From Takakia lepidozioides (Eukaryota > Plantae > Bryophyta), in contig CM060732.1 of the NCBI GenBank assembly GCA_030704615.1, positions 38,936,001-39,000,000 on the forward strand: a stretch of 64,000 bases of DNA, written 5' to 3'. How positions within the stretch are numbered: position 1 is the stretch's first letter; every line of letters begins with the position of its first letter. The notes below the pieces were generated by a model that searched no databases, was not told where the DNA came from, and was given only the letters and a program-made list of their open reading frames with translations. The position numbers and the translations under genes were made by a program. Positions 24,001-32,243 of the stretch are shown here, piece by piece.

Positions 24001-26182
24001 CAACAGTCTGGTTCTGCACATGTTTGTGACTAGAAGACAGGCAATCATAGTCCATAGCTTGAACATAGGTAAATGCTAAAACAGTCGTAGTTCAAGCCCC
24101 TTGTTCAGCAAGTGATCCACTCTTCAGATCTGTTGGACAAAAGCCCCACCACATCTTTCTACTGCCCACAAACATGAAAGAATATTGACTGAAGGACAAC
24201 TGCCTTCTGCCTGTGCAAAAATATGTGGTTCGAACTAGGCTTCAAGGTAGAGCCCCAGACTAAGAAAAGACATAGATTCTTTACTGACAACACTTTGAAC
24301 GTGGCAAATTCATAAATTCACAGGTTTGAGCAGGGAGTCTTGTGGTGACTCTATGACCTAAAAGCAAACTCTTAGTTTTCGTTAGGACATTCGAAAGGAA
24401 AATGCTTGGTAGCATAAGAAAATGACTCGGTCCAATCCATATGACTCACCAGACAACTGAGCTTTAACTGAACAATAGGCCCAAAATATACGAATGAAAT
24501 GGGTGATACCATTAACCCTGGCATTATGGCAAAAACATACACACCCCTTCCAAAGCAGATTAGAGTAGGGGCTTGCACAGCAGAAGCAGTGAGGCGCTGC
24601 TACACCATAACCGGGGAAGTTCCAGCACAAACAGGTTTAAACAGGAAAGAGGGAGACTGTAACTACCTCTCGGGAGGGATGATCTATATTTCTTCAGAAG
24701 CTTTCCTTGAGTTGGAGAAGGTGGCCTTCCTTCCCAGCGCAAGGTATAAGCTTTTGGGCCACCTGAAATAATACTTCATGTTACATACTGTAATACATGT
24801 ACTGTCAGATTCCAATGGACATAATAACATCTGAATCAGAAGAAAGATTCATTACTAACGCAAGAGATGACATCTTATAGGAAGTTTCGGGGCAGTAGAA
24901 AGGCAAGACTTAGTACTCAGTAAAAATTGCACAGGGAATGGAAAGTGTTAGGAGCCCAACCAGAAAACTCAACTATCAACTGGTCACCATCTTTGCATGC
25001 CTCTTGTATCTTTTTGTCGATGTCCAGCAGTTTACCCTTTCCAATGCACAACCATACCCACCAACACCTTAGATTGCACAAGGGAAATATATTCCAGTGA
25101 CAAATAATGGGTGATCTAAGCTCTCATCATCCCAGCGTCTCCCATGAGAGTGCACCTGTGCTTACCCACAATCTATAGAGAAGAAGAGAGCTCAGTGCAC
25201 GTCTGAATGCAGAGCATGTGCAATTAATGTGGGGGTGGTCCAATGCATGTCTTCTGCAGTTTTAGATATTGTTTCTCCAGCCTTATCTCTTAACTAACAC
25301 ACACTCTCTACTTGTGAGAAAAGTTGAATTTTTCTTCCAAATAACTCATAAAACCATCATCAATCAATAACTTGACCTCTTTGGTTTTCATTATGGTGAT
25401 CTTACAAACTGTAAAACTAGTGAGGCTATTATAGGAAACCAGAAGTCTTGAAGGTTATGTTAGCAATGACCCATTTGAATCAATGCGAAATGTTGACTCT
25501 TGAAAAACACTTCTGCTCACCTGGCAGAGTCAGTGTGCTTGATAAATCAGTTACAGTGTACAGTTCTATTGGTCACTCTCCAAGCAAGGGATGCCTTATT
25601 CTGTGAGATAAGCTACCTCAAACTTGATGCCTTGCGGAACATACTTTGCTGGCACCTCTCCTGCAGATAGGGCAACAATGTGCCTAAAATCCATTTAAAT
25701 TCAATATCTAGATGTCTTCAAACATTGCCTGGAAATTATTCTTGGTGTGACATTGGAAGTAATCCTCTAAGTCCCTTACCATGAAGAAGAGGTTTCATAT
25801 CGTAGAAGATAGTGCTAATCCATAAATTACAAACAACCACCAGAACCGCGCGAGGTTCTCCAATCCCTGCCATAATTCTCGTCCTTTGCAATCATTCCCT
25901 TCTTTGTATCTGCAATTCTTTGTGTCCAACTTTCTCACGATGGTAGCCCTCTCGTACTCGTGCGACTTTATACGACATAGTTCCTTCAACAGTACAGCTC
26001 TCCCCAATTCAGGCTCCACACTCGACTATTTCCAGGAGATCGAGGAACTCACCAGCTTCAAAAGCCATACGCGCACATGCGGCAAAGCCGAGCCAGCGCA
26101 GTGACTTCTGTCCATCTCCAGCCGCGATGGGCACCTTGCAAGTGCTCCAGTCCCATGGATTCAATTTCTGCTTTACATCCAC
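48..26182 (-). CDS. Multi-exon host gene, probable flagellum/cilium-associated protein (ubiquitin-like N-terminus, poly-Pro linker, helical region); 3' end runs out of the window
   Basis: Hand-spliced GT-AG exons with consistent phases: 26182-26053, 25660-25617, 25036-24961, 24762-24667, 22936-22847, 22196-22083, 9885-9806, 9418-9364, 9115-(9005 or 8934). They give VDVKQKLNPWDWSTCKVPIAAGDGQKSLRWLGFAACARMAFEAGEVPAKYVPQGIKFEGKLLDIDKKIQEACKDGDQLIVEFSGGPKAYTLRWEGRPPSP...DEDGNPIEPPPPPPPPP...ILKGYDGQLQAMLIWYSSKG...EQWQDLFNDAAIP. Further exons lie at 2296-1863 and probably 214-48. The start may be an ATG near 26493 joined through a micro-exon at 26306-26296 (tentative). Exons between 8.9 and 2.3 kb were not resolved. 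The flagellar call is a recalled resemblance to green-algal proteins, not a search result. Confidence 0.7.
156..199. repeat. Perfect 22-bp tandem duplication inside a probable exon
   Basis: atctttccacttgtggataggg at 156-177 and 178-199. Confidence 0.9.
1163..1673 (+). mobile_element. Diverged 5'-truncated LINE family A copy
   Basis: Decayed C-terminal zinc-knuckle region ending GCRIYGHKATA and ...ggggtacat. Flanked by TSD tctctactagagtag(g)aaca at 1144-1162 and 1674-1693. Confidence 0.85.
1863..2296 (-). CDS. Internal exon of the minus-strand host gene, Lys/Gly/Asp/Glu-rich low-complexity region
   Basis: Acceptor ttttatcctaatcag| at 2297 and donor aag|gtgcct at 1862. The frame is open: EAIVYQAVFFEVYEPVYKALNIYKKPEIFPEPEP...KGKKGKKGDEEE...LLPYFK. 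Linkage to the upstream exons is inferred from strand and position. Confidence 0.75.
3439..3509 (-). mobile_element. 71-nt 3'-terminal copy of LINE family A
   Basis: 3' motif ggccacaaggctacggcaagcaacgtcctatgagtacat between direct repeats agcctaacatggtaaga (3422-3438, 3510-3526). Confidence 0.85.
4745..5042. repeat. About 145-bp tandem duplication replacing the FADD catalytic segment of the LINE RT
   Basis: ggatctctttggctacc...taaatcaacacc occurs twice. The stretch encoding FNVFINQLL...FADDF seen in the other copy is missing here. Confidence 0.8.
7271..7680 (-). repeat. Three 141-nt (47-aa) coding repeats of LINE A
   Basis: Same array as 15824-16232 (FGTLNGLPILKVYTRR x3). Confidence 0.9.
10975..12030 (-). 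mobile_element. Older, diverged 5'-truncated LINE family A copy
   Basis: ORF pieces YTYLGVD, KALGLTKFFHCRG, SSRHDEFKV, CPMCGQPEDNIHFLIHCP, GRGVYGHKATA. The 3' end abuts cacagagaga. Confidence 0.88.
12033..12590 (-). mobile_element. Short LINE A 3' copy with a second, internally deleted A copy (12106-12492) nested in it
   Basis: Two 3' termini (12033, 12106). The duplicated target cactc(cc)agt(c/t)tgagcggaacacaaag flanks the inner copy. gacttacc occurs three times at the 5' junction. Confidence 0.8.
14003..15034 (-). CDS. LINE A reverse transcriptase, N-terminal part (intact frame, cut by inversion junctions)
   Basis: KAGGPDGI, LYKKGD...NYRGITLL, QAGFR, FLDVKKAYDTV, GVAQGCTLSPLLF. The FADD motif lies in the inverted piece 13473-14007. 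Confidence 0.92.
15360..17468 (+). CDS. LINE A polyprotein 5' half: N-terminal domain, 3x47-aa repeat, APE endonuclease
   Basis: Uninterrupted frame from 15267 (first ATG at 15519). Motifs VSNRFDAL, ATFN, GQETW, GVGFFV, LLGDFNARVG, VDYI, SDH. The last 83 codons of the listed ORF are read-through into the neighbouring element. Confidence 0.9.
15824..16232 (+). repeat. Three 141-nt coding repeats
   Basis: P(K/M)C(T/A)EP(E/V)R...FGTLNGLPILKVYTRRxxSxHGVxVP repeated three times. Confidence 0.92.
17712..20901 (-). mobile_element. LINE family B (RTEX-like), 5'-truncated in ORF1, APE domain absent, (ATTTC)n tail
   Basis: ORF1 coiled coil plus IERAWRAG...LFIRFKD...YLNDDLTPLQ. RT motifs YRTI, QAGFR, FVDFHKAFDSV, GVKQGCPLSP, LLYADD. 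C-terminus FRVGSHNLRIETGRW...CPAC...EHFFFYCP. Tail aaatg x4 at 17712-17731. Confidence 0.9.
18773..20866 (-). CDS. In-frame ORF1-RT fusion of LINE B; continues after one frameshift in 17820-18785
   Basis: 697-aa ORF. ORF1 motifs run directly into APFYDEECK (post-APE linker) with no GDFN or SDH motifs. Confidence 0.85.
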   Translation of the reverse strand: MDSLDKDWQKRMTDRYTDLENNMRVQDSVLRASLQECTSKLQGLAKHLNDKSTHTCLSKLEGEVKTFTEKSLPDPLTASIHLQVESLSKELETHRTATSTMARELQAHKAEASSWANIVKGSTSNNSPHSLEETVSATLREEQQRAFKALNIRVTGKLGGLAEGDPLDVATSLIQQNLALPRGASGIERAWRAGSSEHKVLFIRFKDKGARDRVLRQRPQLRGQGMYLNDDLTPLQYNAMRLPSTSSPFSTRRYAPFYDEECKTARRRIKFLLLDTNSSPESTNLALKHYKSLIRSKKQAYTIKLQSSFLAKIRFSPRSFWSLLKPHRDPPPITDIHVWHEYAQSLYHSPTQTPSPITSKPLHFSLFTTANVSKAIKKLQNGRAVDISGLQSEFIKHAAPTLAPFIANLFNEVVQRGFPTEWTKSIIHPLFKSGDRLAPTNYRTIMVSSLLAKLFGAVVAMELDDWTEYPRIRAEGQAGFRRNRSTIDHIFTLQVMVESARYDKRMVYVCFVDFHKAFDSVPRDLLFQRLHRVEVPPDILCAISSMYEIVTGMVNVAGEFSAEIHSNIGVKQGCPLSPTLFGIYIDALENYISKNHGVGVPLDGGPTQSDLLYADDVALLAQSPVFLQRHLKILEQFCKDYGMQVNLSKTKIMVFNGQADRRFIFNQQEIEIVKSYRYLGLVIHSPSFTLQPLPWTG
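20912..20960 (-). mobile_element. Minimal (about 48-nt) LINE A 3' end
   Basis: gtcaatggccacaaggctacggcaaacaacgtcttatgagtacaa between two GA runs. Confidence 0.85.
20965..20990. repeat. (GA)13 microsatellite
   Basis: Read directly from the sequence. Confidence 0.97.
20991..22046 (-). mobile_element. Candidate non-autonomous SINE-like element E (about 290 nt: 20991-21287, interrupted near its 5' end by a LINE A copy)
   Basis: Non-coding and hairpin-rich. The 3' end caatggccgtaaggctatggcaagccaatg...cttacat resembles the LINE A 3' end. gagagagagacaat is repeated on both sides (20981-20994, 22047-22060). Confidence 0.6.
21288..22035 (-). mobile_element. 5'-truncated LINE family A copy
   Basis: SWWKRVEEILKDL...GHGVNGHK with 3' end tgagtacat. 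Perfect 15-bp TSD agggcaggagggaga at 21273-21287 and 22036-22050. Confidence 0.92.
22630..22765 (-). mobile_element. Old 3' remnant of LINE family B
   Basis: aaatgaaatgaaatggtactttatatcg...gaaagctcaaagagct resembles 17717-17770. Confidence 0.6.
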
Positions 26183-26494
26183 CTGTGAAACGATCGTGTG
26201 TCACATTAGCGACTGAAGACAAGATATCATCATCACTGACCCCTCTTACCGCTTCTGGTTTCAATTCCATATCAGTTGGTTGCAATTCTGCTTACGGCAA
26301 TGACAGCTACTTGACAGACAAGAAAGAGACAGGAGAAAAACTTATATTACAGACGATCACGCCCACCTGCAAAAGCATGGCTTCTCACTTGTTCGCTCTA
26401 TCAAGGCATGAAAGCAGCAACCTAACTTCTTTCTTTCTTTGTCTTTGCAACCCACAAGTCCGATTTCCAGTGTTCCCGGGACAAACCCACCATA

Positions 26495-26970
26495 GCTTAG
26501 ACCTCGAATGTCAGGGGATGATGAAGGGTGGTTTAGAAAGATTCTGTTCAACATTCCCTCCGAGGGATTTCGGATGATTTCCAGTCATGGCACTATTCCA
26601 ACATTCAGAGTGCCACTCTTTGATATGAAAGTACTGCCCAAGAATGTTTGACTGCCGTGATCTGCCATCCGAAGAATTTGCAGTCGCAAAGAAACCTAAA
26701 TTATAAAACGACTGTCTAGGAAGTTTGAATGGGAAGTTCACAACTCCCGGATCTTTAGTTTCGTGTGAAAACTGGGACTTTAGGACAAGACGGTTGTCGT
26801 TTGCATTCTGGGAACAGACGGAAGAATCCAGCTTTGGAGTGTACGTCTGAACCAGTGTAGGCAAGAAGTATCTCACCAACCGCCAGCAAGGGTACGGTGA
26901 GCATCTGCCCCAACGATGGATGACGATGATGGTGATTGAAGAAGTGGCTAGGGTGGTTGTTTTGGAGGAA
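26495..26970. promoter_or_regulatory. Short intergenic region between divergent genes (probable bidirectional promoter)
   Basis: About 0.5 kb separates the inferred start codons. The region is TE-free. TSSs were not determined. Confidence 0.5.
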
Positions 26971-27027
26971 ATGAAAAGGTTCAGAGGGTCGAGGATATTT
27001 ACAGTTCATGGAACTAAGGCCAGGGAT

Positions 27028-30000
27028 ATGATGCCCACAAATATGGCCCACGTCTTTACCCTATCACTTATGATCGCCTTGCTGCCCCAACTTGTCAGCT
27101 CTCTTCCACCCAGTGCTCTCCTGGTACGCTGTTTTCCTTCTGAATTGTTCTCATCGTCTTCTTTGTTCAACAAAGCAGATGAACATGTATGATGTTTAGT
27201 TGCATGTAGCTCTGAGTTCAGCATTTCCACCGACGGTCGACCCCGTAGGCATGGCCTAAATCGACTAAATTGTCGTTTTGTAGCTGCGGGGCAACATTGT
27301 GGAGAATTCTGCTACGGTCAACGTGACGCTTCCCGACTACAATGTCTACCACCGCAGGTCCATTTCCACCTTGCACACATCCTGAAATCCCGATTTGCCT
27401 GAGAATTCTGTGAACCTTGTTTGTTTTACAATCACCAGCTTTTATTGGAAGTGCTCCTTCACTTTGGCTTTCTTGTAGAGGGCATGGAGTTTTTTGGGAA
27501 TATTGTATATTGGTTAGTCTTGTGAGCTTTCCCACTTTAGTGTGCACACAATCACGTTGTGCTCGGACAAATTGTGCCTGTCAACAGCCATTGTAGTTTC
27601 ATAAAGACCTTGGTACTTGACAGACAAGCCTTGTGAGATCAAAACTGAACAATTTGTCCTTTTTTTTCTGGCATGGTGATTTCTTGCTGGAAAAAAGATA
27701 ACTGAAGGGATTTGCATATCATACCATGTCTGAGGTCAAAAGGTGCAAGACTGAGGGTGTATTGGGGAGCAGTGATGCATTGCTGAAAGAAGTGAGCCGC
27801 ATGGTGGAGCGGCATCCACAGATCATGAGTGTATCATCCTCACCTTCCTATTGCTTGCGTCCAACAATGCACACAACCTCAGGTTCTGGTTGTATTGTAA
27901 AGTTTTGGTAAATTACAGAATGTTACTTCCAGTAATTAATAAAGCATTGGTTGGCAGGATCTAGTAGCCCTGTGGCTGTATGTGAAATAGTCTCATGGTG
28001 TATGGGTGGGGTATGGGGTGCAAAGCAGCTGGATGTGTTGCAGTCAGACTCAGATGGCTATTCCACTGAGATAAGTGTGGTGACGGTGGTGCCAGGTGGT
28101 AGAGAAGTCAGTCCTAATGGCAGCTTGCGGATCTTGTTGGTAGTCTTCTACAACCATCACTCAAATTGGTTACCAATTGCCCTTTATATAACATTGCTTC
28201 TTGGCCAATTCAAAGAACTAAATAACCAGCCTGAAGAAACTAGAATTACAGAAAAGAAAAACGACAAATAAACTAGAAGTGAAGTTTATGCACTGTGCCA
28301 GAGCTTCTTATAATTTCTCAAAGGCCATGGACCTGCAGCATCAACTTGAGTATGGGGGTCAAAGTGATTCTAAGGGCAACTGGTGGTGCTCAGGACTTCG
28401 GTCAGCATGGGAGGGAGCTAGTGACATCAGAGGTGGCACTACGATTTTTGAGCATGCTGGGTGGTGAATATTCGCTTGGGACACAGGCTACTGCATCCCT
28501 GTTTCTTCTTCTTCCTCAGACTGTTATCAAGGTGCCTGTATTCTCAAATTACTCCTTTGTTAAGCTTCCAGCAGACAGGCCAGAAGTTAGGGCACTGGCC
28601 GTTCAGTTCCACATTTTCATATTATCCTGGAGGTCACCCCATGTAGTCGAAGTCACCTGTTAGCTGGTTTCATCTACTGACGAATTTGGGCCATGGTAAA
28701 TGTCAATGGACACCTGTCACCTAGTACCTGGTTACCTCCCCATCATTTGGGGTGATATGTGAAGGGTAAGCAAACCACGTGAGGCGTTTCATGGATGAGC
28801 CCCTTGCCACGAGGGCGGAGCCCGAGGGGCAGGGGCGAGAACCAGTGAAGAACCGCACGTGGGTTGCTTATCCAGCATAAAGGATATTCTTTTAAATAAT
28901 CTCATGTAATCAACTTGCCTTGCTGCCAAGTCTGTTACAGAATGTAACCCTCATTACGTGACTGTGAAGCTAATTTGATTCCAGGAAATAACCTAACTAA
29001 AATACAAAGGAATTCTCTTAAAAATCCTCTATGACCTGTGGAAGACCATGTCTGCTGATAGCAAGATGTATGAATCAGGACTAAAACATGCACCCTGTGT
29101 ATCCTTGCTTTTACCAGTAGGTTTGCTATGCTTAGGTGAAGTGTGCTTTTGGTAATGTGGGCATGGATCTCTGTGCCTTCTGTTCATCCTTGTGCAGATA
29201 ATACCACTGGAGAATGTGAATGGGCGCAAGAAAGTGGAGGCTGGGGACCTTTGTGAAAGAAAAAATGGTCTGTAGGATAGTTGCATCATGTATTGGTGTG
29301 CATCTCTTGTGAGTGTTTGCAGGAGATGTAGACTGTCTTGCTAGGCTCTTGGAAGACTGCTCTTGCCGATGTCTTCGCAGTTGTGAGGCCAGTCTTACAG
29401 GTTCTCGGATTGTCGGAGTACACCAGGAGTAAAGGAGTAATATCTTGGCCGGAAATATGCGTAGGAAACATTTGCAACTCTTCTCATTTTTTTTCACCTT
29501 ACCAGTTCAAGTCAGGTGCTCCGGTCAAGAGCTGAGTGTGGATAGTGGGATGCAGGCAGAGGCGTGGACCCCAATCGGAATTGGGGCATCGATTGGGGCA
29601 AGAAGGAGAAGGTATTCCCTCGGAGCTTCTCATGCTCTGTTTTTGTGCGGTGTAATACTACCTCATGTTTGAGTCCTGCATTGTTTCAGCCAAGCTTTGA
29701 AAGACAGGTCCCTGTCACCTTTCATTTGTGATCACTGCTTTGAGGAGGGGAGCAGTTTGATTATCCAAAGTTACATTGGTTTCCAAGCGAAATGACGCTG
29801 CCTGCCCAATTACTTGAGCTTGCAAGCTACAGGTGTTTCTGTGAGCTCAGTAGCGTCCTGTGACAGTAAAGCGGGCATCACATTAGAGGAACACAGTTTG
29901 AGTGTCTGCTTCTTGCTTTCAAAGACGGGATGTGAAGAGAAGTTTATTTTTTCTGGGCAGGATTATGATCCAAAGGAAGAATTTCCAGGAACAACAGCAT

Positions 30001-32243
30001 TTAGCGAGCCTGAGACGCGAATTCTACAGCAACTTGCCAGTTCGTTCAAGCCTCATCTATGGGTGAATGTCCACTCTGGCATGGAGGTAGTCCCATTCAG
30101 TGTCCTTGCAAATAGAAAAAGCTAAAACTCGAATCAATTTGATCTGCAAGTGGCGGCACGTGACACAGATGACAGTATGACCTATGTCCTTGCATCTCAG
30201 TTCTTCTTAAGCTATTTATCTTCTCTGGTGCTGTAGTAACTGTGTTAGTGCAGGGATTATATCCAGCACCTTGGGAAATTTCGCTGTAACCATGAGGTTT
30301 TAAGCACATATGATCATGCCTGATGTCAGGCATGGAGCCATTCTACTTGCAGGGGATTAGTAAGGGAACTTATTGAATGCTAAACATCATGATACATGCT
30401 GGAAGGTGATGGCAGTGAATCCCCTGGATAGACTGTGCACAAAATGCCTTCGGTGGATATCAATCTCTCACTCAGGGGCCCAGTTCATTCACTCAGTCTG
30501 TTGTTGATCTGCCTGCTAGAGACGTTTGTACATAGTGCAGCTATTCATTGACTGCAATTCACTGCCTACCTGTCTGCTATCGACTCATGGTACCATTTCA
30601 GATCCACTACTGCATGGCCTTGCCTAACTCCTCAGCAAGTACTGGAAATGCTATTGCCAGTTGGTGCCCAGGCAGGTGTCAGGGCCAAGAAACCTAACTT
30701 GCCACGAGGGTTCACCTTGCAACTGATGTCCATCTTGGTGACACTCACCCTGTGTGTGAACCCCAGTGGACAGTCTGTCTGGCATTAGAGAGGTTGGGCA
30801 TTGTCTGTACATTACAGTGAAAAGAAGGGTTGTCCATTATAAAATCACACCCAGTTACCTTATGATCAACTCGTACTAAGTGCTAGGAAACCACAGCTTA
30901 CCTGCTGAGACTGGGAATTGGAAGGCATTGTTTATGCCTTATGACCACAGAAAGATGGTGCCCAATGATGGTGGAGCAGAGGCGATGCAGGTTCTGCTGC
31001 AAACCCTTAACAGATTGCACTGTAACAACAGCTGTGTGGTCGGATCAGGTGGTAGCTCTGTTGGGTCTGTCTCTCTTCTTACCAACCTTATACTGTGCTC
31101 TTACAGTGGTTATGGCATGTGAGCAGAGAGGCAAAATTAAGTGTGCTGATTAGATGCTATGATGTGGAGCATGGAGACCACGTCATAGGGTCCTCATTTT
31201 CTAGTCTTGCCTAGCAAAATGTGTCCGCAGTGTCTATACTGGAGAACCTGATGGATGCTTTTAGCGTTTAACAGCCGAACCATGCCATTTCAGAAAGTGC
31301 GTTTGGGTTTTGTTGTATTCAACTCTCACTCTCACAACTCTTACACATTTGCAGGTATTTAGCGCATGGCACAGCAACTGATTACATGTATGACGCATTG
31401 AGAGTGCCAGTTGCATTGACCTTTGAGGTATCCTCCAACATGGCTTTTATGCTTTCAAGCTTAGCTACTAGAAAATCCCCTTCTGTTCATGCTGATGGAA
31501 GAATGTTACTGAGATTGATGTTACTGTGAGATCCATCATCTGTTCCACAACATCATACAGATACGTCAATATTGGGGTTGTGTGCATCAGATTTACGGGG
31601 ACACAGAGGCAAGCAGTGAGGATTGCTTCCGAATGTTCAACCCTATCACTCCTGCGAATTTAGAGGTCTTCACCTTTCACTCTCTGATTGTGGAGTTTTG
31701 TACTTGAGGTTATATCTGTTGCACTGCATAGGTGGTCGTTGGATTGTGGTGGGGGTTTGCAGAAGCTTGTGCTTTAGTAATGGGTGATAGTGTTGCTGGA
31801 GGGCGATGCAGAGTGTCATACAGAATTGGTCGGCACTGTTTTTGTCACTATTAGTGAACCTTCCTACAGCCTTACAGAGGATCCCACGGAGAGGTCTTGA
31901 TTATCAGGCATTGGCTACTGCTGGCACAAGTAGGTCCACCATCCAGGACCCAGGGTTGCTGAAACAATTTCATGACCACGACAAACAATCCAATCACCAG
32001 AAAATTGAGCTCTTCCCACATGGAATGTGGACAGGTGCAGAGGGTAGCAGCAGTAGCAGGGAAGAAGTAAGAACGTTGTCAGAGTTCTACTTCCTCATCT
32101 CTGGAGTGATATTTGCTTTGGTATGCTTCATTGGGAGGTCCAGGTGGCAAGATCAGGGCAGATTCAAACTGCTAATGAACACTTACAGGTTTTTGCTTGT
32201 TAGGATATGCAGTTATACATGTAATAGACCCTGGTCCTTATAG
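27028..32243 (+). CDS. M14-family zinc carboxypeptidase (plant carboxypeptidase A6-like), 12 exons, signal peptide and C-terminal TM segment
   Basis: Exons 27028 (alternative ATG 26971 or 27043)-27123, 27284-27357, 27773-27830, 28029-28139, 28394-28531, 29198-29267, 29556-29611, 29961-30086, 30925-31064, 31355-31427, 31591-31665, 31812-32243. All are GT-AG and in phase. Motifs GQHGRE (HxxE), GVDPNRNW, FSEPET, VHSG, GTATDY, TFE; TM segment FYFLISGVIFALVCFI. Confidence 0.93.
28764..28873. repeat. 110-nt imperfect hairpin in carboxypeptidase intron 5, likely part of a small non-autonomous element
   Basis: Arms gggtaagcaaaccacgtg / cacgtgggttgcttatcc, inner gccccttgcc / ggcaggggc, apex gggcggagccc. 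Confidence 0.75.

Noticed and set aside
24190-24710. Non-canonical GA donor (caag|gaaagc) joining to a WG-containing exon
   Set aside because: A canonical GT donor at 24666 keeps the frame, and there is no evidence for the alternative without transcripts.
25795-27230. Listed minus- and plus-strand ORFs of 70-160 aa around the promoter region
   Set aside because: Apart from 26920-27192, which contains carboxypeptidase exon 1, they are off-frame or antisense shadows of the true short exons and UTRs.
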